From Octopus sinensis (taxonomy: Eukaryota): 64,000 nt of DNA. Every line of letters begins with the position of its first letter. Positions within the stretch are counted from its first letter, which is position 1. The notes under the pieces are model-generated. The model worked only from the letters and a program-made list of their open reading frames with translations, ran no database searches and had not been told where the DNA came from. Location of the stretch: positions 68,882,001-68,946,000 of the forward strand of contig NC_042999.1 in assembly GCF_006345805.1 (NCBI RefSeq). The letters are read 5' to 3'. This document shows, one piece after another, positions 55,371 to 64,000 of this stretch. The position numbers were made by a program, and so were the translations under genes.

Positions 55371-57326
55371 GCAAATCGAAAATTATTAAAGAGTAAATAG
55401 ACAAGTAATAAAATAAATATGTAAATAAATCAATAAAACTACCAAGATATAAATGAGAATCTTTTATATGAACTAACAGCCGAGATTAAATAGAATAAAT
55501 TGATTTTAATATATCTGCTGATTGGAAATCAATTTCTCAGTCTATTAAAGCGAACAAGATTTCCGCTAACTTAAGGAAATGGCGGCGAAGAACACAATAA
55601 ACAATAGCTTTGGTAATGGCGGGCATGGCGGCGGTGGTGGTGGTGGTGGTGGGGTGATTATGATGGTGGTTGTGATGGTAGAGGTTGTGATTGTGGTGGT
55701 GGTGGTGGTGGGATGGTTATGATGGTAGAGGTGGAGGTGGTGGTGGTGGTGGTGGTGGTGGCGGTTGTGGTTTTTGATTGTGGTGATTAGAAGATTAAGA
55801 TGGTGGCGATGGCAGTAGTAATGATGATGATGATGATGGCGATCGGGATAGTGATGTGGATAATGGTGAAGGTGTTGATGGTGATGATGGTAGTAATGAT
55901 GAGAATGATGATATTGACGTTGATAGTGATGATGATGATGGGGACGGTGGGGGTAGTGGAGGTTGTGGTGGTGGTGATGATGATGGAGGTGGTAGTGGTT
56001 GCGGTGTAGGTGATTGGATGAGTAATTGGTATAATTATAGTAATGATGATGAAGACGATAATGTTGATGATGAAATGATGGAGAGGGTGATGATTAAAAT
56101 GTGGCGAATCGGTCTCAGGACATTGCTGAGGACCCGGATGGACTTGGTTACTTCCCTCGATTTACTAATTACCATCATGCATTTAGTCCATCACTCTACC
56201 AATTGACTACCAAATAACACATATGTCTGACATCATCTTAAATTTTAGCAATAATAATTTAATCATATTGTGATGATGGTTATGCATCAAATATGTGTAT
56301 ACGTGAGCTAAAAGCCTCCTCTGCTATGATTCCCGAATTAAATAAGAAAAAAGTAAAAAAAAAAAACAACAAACTAAAATCGACCGAATTACTAAAGTAA
56401 TAAACTGACTAGCCTACGTTGAAAATATGAAATTGAGTGCGTAAAATAGAGGGAAGAGAAGGTAGAGGAAGAAGGAAGAATAGGAAGATAGAAAGAGGAA
56501 AAGGAAGGAAGCAGGAAGAGGAAGGATAAAAGAGGAAGGAACAGCGTTTCTCTGCAGACAATTTGTTTTTGTTTAAGCAACTGGCTTATAGTCTCTCAAC
56601 CTGCTGAAAAGAGTAGCCAAACCTTAAAGGCTATATCAAATGATATTATAGTTTCTCGATGTATGAAATACGGAATTTTCATACCTGGAACACTTTTCAC
56701 CATAGCTTTGTTCGAATGTGACTGATCTGTAATGCTTAACAAGAACAAAGCTTACTTCGAGCTAACGAGGGAAAATCTTTGTGCAGGCGCATGAATTGTA
56801 AGATATAGCAGCTAAATTTCTCTCAGATAGCAGCCTGTTGAATTAAATCATGGAAGGACACATTGGAACATGTAGTACCATATACACAAAGAGAATAGGT
56901 AATTAACATGGATGTATTGTGGTAATATGTATGCGTAAGCTCTGATATTCCCTGTGCTATGAGCGCTCGCACACACATATATACACACACACATAACACA
57001 CGAAGAGCAATTCCAATACCATATAATTATATTGCTGTGTTGAAGCGAAATAAAAAAGCAGAGAATCTAGTAACAATCGCAGGCATAGAATAAAATAGAT
57101 TACGACAAATTAAAAGTCTGTCATCATTCTTATAATTGAAACAGATAGCATAATACTCAACGATTTCAGTACATGGACATCATGGAAATCGGCGGAGAAC
57201 TCACGATATCGGAGACTGTAAAGCCATTTAAGGCATTCTCACACAGCATTTGTGAACGTTGGAATATTCATATGTATGTATGTGTGTATGTATGTATGTA
57301 TGTATGTATGTATGTATGTATGTATG

Positions 57327-57404
<78 letters not shown>

Positions 57405-57426
57405 CCTATCTATCTATCTATCTATC

Positions 57427-58234
57427 CGAGAGGCCCGAATGGTGGAGGCGCAACGAAGCAACAGAGCCACCATCAGGTCACTTACAGATGAACAAGGGCG
57501 CGAATTACTCGAGCTTGAAAGGATGTGTGAGGCTTTTCAACAACACTTTGCCCGACTGTTCGGGACAACTGGTGGATCAGAACGTAGAGAGGACTTTAGT
57601 GCCTACCTGCATGGCCTGTCACAACTCTCAGCAAGAGAGGCGGAGTGTTGTGAAAAACCCATCACAACCGCGGACGTACGGGATGCGATGGTAGGCTGCG
57701 CAAGAGACAAGTCACCAGGATTGGATGGTCTGCCCTACGAACTTTATTGTCATATGCCAGACTTGTTTGGAGGCGTCTTGGCAGCTGTCTACTGCAACTG
57801 GCAGCAAAACGGGAGCATCTCCGTCTTTGTAAAGCGAGGATCGGTGGCACTGCTAAAGAAAGATCCAAACAAGGGGAACGTCATAGATAACTTCAGGCCC
57901 ATCACTCTACTCAACGCAGATTTGAAAATTTGGCCAAGGTGTTAGCCGAGTGGTTGGCGTTTGTCATCGAGAAACTAGTCGACAAGGCGCAAACGTGCGC
58001 CGTGCCGGGTAGGTGTATTAATGACAACCTCCATCTGATGCGCTAAATCATAGACAGGGCAGTTAAGAATCCTGGCATGGGTGGGGCTCTGATAAATTTG
58101 GATCAATCAAAAGCTTTCGATAGGGTAGACCATCATTACTTGAAGGTTGTCCTTAAAGCGGCTGGTTTCGGTCCCATCTTTCGCGGTTGGATCGCTGCCT
58201 TATACAGCAGCATCTGCTCGGTAGTTCGCGTAAA
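57427..58234 (+). pseudogene. Tx1/L1-clade LINE internal fragment (linker and RT N-terminal half)
   Basis: KSPGLDGLPYELY, NFRPITLLNADLKI, LINLDQSKAFDRVDH; starts directly after (TATC)n. Confidence 0.9.
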
Positions 58235-58426
58235 GCTAAAAAAGACGTTAGTATTACATAGGTATTGTGTTCTTACTCATTTTTGCAATGAGTTATTATT
58301 CATGTCTATTTAAATGTCGTGTTTTAAATAGACATGATTCCAAAGAATAATAACACATTACAAAAATGAGTAAGAACACCTTACTTAGATAATCTTAACG
58401 TCCTTTTAGCATTTTTCTTATGTTCC

Positions 58427-58504
58427 GCTACTGACGAATACTTTTTGACAACTCAGACTTTTAAAATGAATTTATTGGCTTTTTGTATGAAACGATCGTA
58501 TAGC
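58427..58504 (+). ncRNA. Type I hammerhead ribozyme (predicted) followed by AATAAA
   Basis: GCTA-CTGACGA-ATAC...GTAT-GAA-ACGATCGT-A-TAGC; 8-nt palindromic stem III; predicted cleavage after 58500; AATAAA at 58511. Confidence 0.83.
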
Positions 58505-58729
58505 TACATAAATAAAAGAAATATCATCCACATTAACATCTAATCTCCTCCATTTACGTAAAATATGATTGAATTTATTGAACTTTGTTTAATAAGTTAT
58601 ATATGTGTGTGTGTGTAATTGATTTATTATTATTATTTGATGAAAATTCTCAGCTTATTTTACTGCGTATGATGGAAAGTGTCAGCTGCCCGCAGCCAGC
58701 AGACTAAGGTGACACTTGTTTACTGATCA

Positions 58730-59020
58730 AGCTTCAAGACCCTACGGAGAACTGTTGCAGTTCTGAGCAATGCTGATTTTTGTAGGTGTTCTATCTTAAT
58801 ATTTGTACCAATGTCTTTGAGCCTCGTTCGTTGTTGAGTGCTGATACTTCAGAGTGCGCCATTTACTACCGGTTTCACGTCTACTCCCTTCATTGCTCAC
58901 AAACTTCGTATTTTTCCACTTCAATTCGTCAAAGTTGTTCGCTTTTTCTTCTATCTCACTGATCCAGTTGTCACCGGGACACGCTACGTCCATTATCATG
59001 CAAATTCTCGTTGCTGTGTT
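58730..59020 (-). pseudogene. R4-clade restriction-like endonuclease fragment
   Basis: MIMDVACPGDNWISEIEEK..N.DELKW, then frameshifted KPVVNGAL and HLQKSALLRTATVLRRVL. Confidence 0.7.
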
Positions 59021-59137
59021 ATTGATGCTGTTACTGCTCTTGTGGTTGCTGTTGTAGTTGTACTTGCTGTTGTTGCTGCTGCTGCTGCTGCTGTCGTCTT
59101 CGTTGTTGTTGTTGTTGTTGTTATTATTATTATTATT

Positions 59138-59472
59138 GAGTGAGAGAGCAGTTCATGCCATCAAAGTGACACTGGGGTAAAATATACGAAGCCCAATATA
59201 CCCATCATGACTACCCGTCTGATAAGGGTACACCAGGCACATGCATCACAACCATATGTGCGCGACATGGTGATCTCATATCAAGATAAACAGCGCATGA
59301 CGTTGCAGGTGGGACCCAGTTAGAATTTTCTTCAGGTTGAATAGCCCATCCCGCTCAAAAGGTCCCTGAATAAGGGTTGTTTAAGGATGTTGAAAGAACC
59401 ACCATGTTTCCAGAGGTGAATTATTCAAACTCCAAAGAATCCCTCTCAACACATGGTTATGATGCTCCCCCA
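59138..59472 (-). mobile_element. Retroposon 3'-UTR-like piece embedded in a (TAA)n array
   Basis: Minus strand ends CTGCTCTCTCACTC followed by (AAT)n; (ATT)n on both sides. Confidence 0.5.
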
Positions 59473-59488
59473 ATTATTATTATTGTTA

Positions 59489-59559
<71 letters not shown>

Positions 59560-60188
59560 CATAGAGACACATGTTTGTCTTTACGTCAAATTATATATAA
59601 AAACAATTTAACATTAAACTGGTTTCACTCAGTTTTTGTTTTTACTGGAGTAAATTTTTGAACGTTTATAAGAGGGCTGACAGTGAGTTCGAAGCTTCGG
59701 CCTGTTAGACTTGATCGGACACACAAACAGAAGCACACACACACAGATGCACACGCACAGAAGCACACATACACACACACACGGACAGATATATGTAAAT
59801 ATAAATAACTATATTATATATATGTACATGTGTGTATATGTGTGTGTTTGTGAAAGGAAAGCAAACAGAAATTAAAAAAAGACATTAAGAGGAGGGGCAG
59901 TCAAATAAAAAGAGAAAGAGAATCGGGTTGGTTCGTTGTGTTCGTAAAGCTAAGTATTGCAGCCCAGTGACCACAATGGCTTCCATAGGTGCAGCAACAA
60001 TCGTAGCTGGTACCAGTACAGTAGAAGGTGTCCAAGAGTAGAACAATAGCCAGACAAGTAGCCATTGTCCTATGGAGCGGAAATATTAACGACTGGTATT
60101 GATTAAGGCATTTCTGAATATCGATATAGAGAGAGTAATGGTTTCTGGAAGGATACTTCCAGATTGCAGGAGAATTGTCTGTGTGTGT

Positions 60189-60291
<103 letters not shown>

Positions 60292-60390
60292 TGTATGTAT
60301 GTATGTATGTATATGTATGTATGTATGTATATATATATATATATATATAATATATATATATATATGTATAATATATATGTATATATATAT

Positions 60391-60429
<39 letters not shown>

Positions 60430-61118
60430 AATGCATGTACATATAAATGTATGCATATATATATACATATATATATACATATACATACATTCACACAAAT
60501 ATATAATATATATAATATAATATATAATATATATACATATATATATATATGACAAACACACACACTCACACGAGTTAATAAGTATTTGCATATACATTAC
60601 ATGCATATATAAATGTATATAAGTACATAGATATTTGTGTGTGTGCGTGTGTGTGTGTGTGCATGCGTGTGTGTGTGCATGCGTGTGCGTGCGTGCGTGC
60701 GTGCGTGTGTGTGTGTGTGTCCGTGTTTGTAATATGTAAATATAAGAATGAGCAATACAAGTACCGCTTTCATTACTGATAATTTCTGTTTAATCTTCCA
60801 GAACACACACCTACTCTTATATATAAACACACATACACACACACGTATATTTATATATATATATATTTGTGTGTGTGTGTGTGTGTATGTGTGTGAGTGT
60901 GTGTGTGAGTGTGTGCATACGCACATATTTACAAGTAGACCTAAAGCAGTCTGCATATATTTGCATATAGTCATATGAAGAACGGCGTATATATTTCACA
61001 TTTATACAGAAATGTACGCATACATGAATAATGAAATTCTCACACTTATATATGCTTGTCTGTATAAATGGAAGCTTAATATTTATAATGATGAATACAA
61101 ATATCTATTTGACACACA

Positions 61119-61170
<52 letters not shown>

Positions 61171-61442
61171 TATAGACGCAGGAGTAGGTGTGTAGTAAGT
61201 AGCTAGCTTACCAACCACATGGTTCCGGGTTCAGTCCCACAGCGTGGTACCTTGGGCAAGTATCTTCTCCTATAGCCTTGGGCTGACCAAAGACTTGTGA
61301 GTGGATTTGGTGGACGGAGACAGAAAGAAGCCCGTCGTATATATATATAATATATATATATATATATGTAGGTCCCGGGTTGAGTCGGGGTTAACCACAG
61401 TAAATAAGGTACTCAATACATAGCAGAGTAAAGTAATTTATT

Positions 61443-61554
61443 TTATAGAAGGAGCTTCTACAGGACTAGAACTGTTTCATTCAGATGAAATCTTCAGGAA
61501 GCTTCCTGAAGATTTCATCTGAATGAAACAGTTCTAGTCCTGTAGAAGCTCCTT

Positions 61555-61560
<6 letters not shown>
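61443..61560. repeat. 118-bp perfect palindrome carrying a hammerhead-like motif on each strand
   Basis: Centre AAGCTT (61499-61504); CTGAAGA-T.TTC(atct)GAA.T-GAAAC at 61506-61529 and its mirror. Confidence 0.9.
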
Positions 61561-61626
<66 letters not shown>

Positions 61627-62365
61627 ATATATTTATGTGTGTGTGTATATGTTTGTGTGTCTGTGTTTCTCCCCGGTGTGTTACGTTTCCGTAACTTAGC
61701 GGTTCGTCACTAAGAGACCCCGATAGAATAAGTACCAGGTTTACAAAGAATAAGTCCTGGGGTCGATTTGCTCGGCTAAAGGCGGTGCTCCAGCATGGCC
61801 GCAGTGAAATGACTGAAACAAGTAAAAGAGTTAAAGTGTATTGCTAAATGGCACTCCGTCGGTTACGACGATGATGTTGGTTCCAGTTGATCCAATCAAC
61901 AGAACAGCCTGCTCCGGAAATTAACGTGCAAGTGACTGAGCACCCCACAGACGCGCGTATCTTTAACCTAGTTCTCTGGAAGATTCCGCGTGACACGAGA
62001 TATGACAAGGCTGGTCCTTTGAATTACAGATGCAGCTCATTTTTGCCAGCTGAGTGGACTGGAGCAACGTGAAATAAAGTGTCTTGCTCAAAGACATAAT
62101 GCGCTTACCGAAACGTACGATCTTACGATCGTGAACCGATTACCCTAACCACTAAGCCATGGGCCTTCACATATTGCTATATACAGTGTACAATATTAAT
62201 ACATATCGTTGCTATTATGCAAAAGTGTCGTAAGTCAAAAGGTTGCTTTTTCAGAAAACGAGAAAATCGTTTCACAATTCCATTTCTTTTTAGATTAGCA
62301 ACAGTTTCAGATTAACTATAATAATTTGTCGGTAATTGCACGGTACGTTCTGAGTTCAAATTGCC

Positions 62366-62535
62366 GTTACGTTCTGAGTTCAAATTCCGCCGAGGTCGAC
62401 TTTGCTTTTCATCCTTTCAGGGTCGATAAATTAAGTACCAGTTACGCACTGGGGTCGATATAATCGACTTAATCCGCTTGTCTGTCCGTGTTTGTCCCCT
62501 CTGTGTTTAGCCCCTTGTGGGTAGTAAAGAAATAG
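62366..62535 (+). mobile_element. Family-B SINE with MetaSINE-like core (other copies near 5408, 14418, 20645, 21228, 21390, 21775, 45470, 47150, 51985)
   Basis: GAGTTCAAATTCCGCCGAGGTCGACTTTGC(C/T)TTTCATCCTTTC(G/A)GGGTCGATAAATTAAGTACCAG resembles the Meta domain as I recall it. Confidence 0.75.
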
Positions 62536-62822
62536 AATAATATTTTGTTGGGTGCAGTAATTATATCTCCATGCATGTATGATATTTTTACTCAGAAATA
62601 TTTTTGCAAAACTGTCATATGTGGGACTTACTACACTTTTGAAAAATGCTAAACCGTTGTACTACACTTTGACAATTTTCATTTGAAGCAATTGGGGAGA
62701 TAGGATAGCTTGACCAAAAGAATCGGCAACTGGAAGCAAAATTAAATATTGTAAAAAAATGCATTTGGCCAAATTTGGACATAGGATGTTTTAACATAAT
62801 AGCAACAATATAAACTTTACGC

Positions 62823-62948
62823 TTGATCGAAAACCTACCCACTTTTTTCTTTTTTCTTTTTCTTTTCTTTTTTTCTCCCCCAAAAGAAAAGCTCTACTTT
62901 GTAATTTGTCCCCTCTGTCTTCAGCCGTGTGTGGCTAATAAAGAAACA
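62823..62948 (+). mobile_element. Tx1-family 3' UTR fragment
   Basis: Matches 29693-29793: TTGATCGAAAACC...CCCAAAAGAAAAGCTCTAC...GTGTGGCTAATAAAGAAACA. Confidence 0.85.
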
Positions 62949-62983
62949 TATATATATATATATATATATATACATAAATACAT

Positions 62984-63014
<31 letters not shown>

Positions 63015-63440
63015 TACACACACGCACACATATATATATGTGTGTCTGTGTGTATATATATATATTTATTTATACAAAATCTTTTTTTATTTTTTATCTT
63101 GCGGCCGTACTGGGGCACCATCTTGAAGAGCTGCAGTCGAACGAGTGCATCCCACTACTTATTCTATCGGACCTGCAGAAGAGCTAAGTTAGAAAGTTAC
63201 GAAGACATAAACATACCAACACCGGGTGTCAAGTAGTGCCGCGATACAAACATAGACTCCCCCCACCTATATATATATATATGTATATATATATATGTGT
63301 GTATATATGTGTGTATATACTCTCACCCTTGTGTAGAAGAGCGTAGACTCGAAACGTTTAAAATTTCCATTTCCCTTGTGTGTTAAACTGAAAACTATGC
63401 TTGTTGTTCATTGGTCCATATAAATGTGTATATGTGTGTG

Positions 63441-63483
<43 letters not shown>

Positions 63484-63612
63484 ACACACACGCACACATA
63501 CACACACTCACACATAGGTTTGGGGATGCGAAAAGCAAACAGGAAAAAATAGAACTCCAAACACGAGTATATGTATATTTTTATTTATATTTAGCAGAAG
63601 TAACAGAGTGAT

Positions 63613-63681
63613 TCAAGGACTGACCGTTTCGTGCGTTGGCACTTATCAAACTAGTTCGATAAGTGCCAACGCACGAAACGG
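63613..63681. ncRNA. Hammerhead-like motif (U3-A8 core) within a 58-bp palindrome
   Basis: Palindrome 63624-63681 with one mismatch; minus strand TTGATAA-GTGC(caac)GCAC-GAAAC-GGTCA-GTC; stem I unresolved. Confidence 0.5.
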
Positions 63682-63809
63682 GACCATTTAAGGCGAATTC
63701 AAATTATTACATTATACACTGTTAGTTTCGAGCAGATCTTCAGAAGCGATAACAAGCCGAAAGGGTATGCTCCCACTTTCAGTGTTTTCAAATCCAAACC
63801 AGGGAGTTC

Positions 63810-63862
63810 TGAGCTGATGATAGAAGTGTCGATTTTGACTAATCTTGAAACGTACGTTCTCA
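63810..63862 (+). ncRNA. Type I hammerhead ribozyme (predicted)
   Basis: TGAG-CTGATGA-T.AGA..GTCG(attt)TGAC..TCT.T-GAA-ACGTACGT-T-CTCA; 8-nt palindromic stem III; GUU triplet. Confidence 0.75.
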
Positions 63863-64000
63863 AATAACCTTTGCATTTGATTTTTTAATGTCTCTACCCC
63901 CATACTTTCGTGAGTTGAATTGAGCAAACAATATATGAGAGAGGTTTTCTTTAAGTATTGGAAATAGTTTTAAAAAAGATTTTTTAGCTGCTATTTCTAA

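Noticed and set aside
57170-57217. 48-nt AG...GT bounded candidate micro-exon (YMDIMEIGGELTISET)
   Set aside because: Weak polypyrimidine tract and no recognisable protein; needs RNA evidence.
59901-60170. Cys-containing minus-strand peptide ([11 protein letters not shown]...[13 protein letters not shown])
   Set aside because: The ORF is mostly microsatellite; no recognisable family or splice support.

Overview
Eukaryotic, AT-rich and microsatellite-saturated DNA made almost entirely of repeats. The SINE families and repeat landscape most resemble an octopus (cephalopod) genome; this is inferred from recalled repeat families, not from a search. I could not recognise any host protein-coding gene. 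Most listed ORFs are microsatellite read-throughs. Recognisable content: two CR1/L2-group LINEs (one near full length, 9.4-13.1 kb), three Tx1/L1 pieces, three R4-clade pieces, an RTE 3' end, two full-length mariners, a Tc1 right half, a hAT relic, a non-autonomous Helitron, dozens of tRNA-derived SINEs, two structured minisatellites and one 100-N gap. The main hidden signal is non-coding. By manual motif and pairing inspection there are about a dozen type I hammerhead-ribozyme (HHR) or HHR-like loci from roughly 9 unrelated sequence families. Most have short palindromic stem III, and many lie in or beside fold-back (inverted) duplications, as is typical of Penelope-like elements (PLEs) and retrozymes. 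The strongest case is 25.7-26.5 kb, where two inverted copies reveal a circularly permuted ~530-nt non-coding unit with one HHR, consistent with a tandem or circular RNA intermediate. Recurrent non-canonical cores also appear (U3-A8, U10.1/U11.1, A6U). All ribozyme calls are structural predictions and activity is untested. Most repeat boundaries are approximate to about 10 bp.
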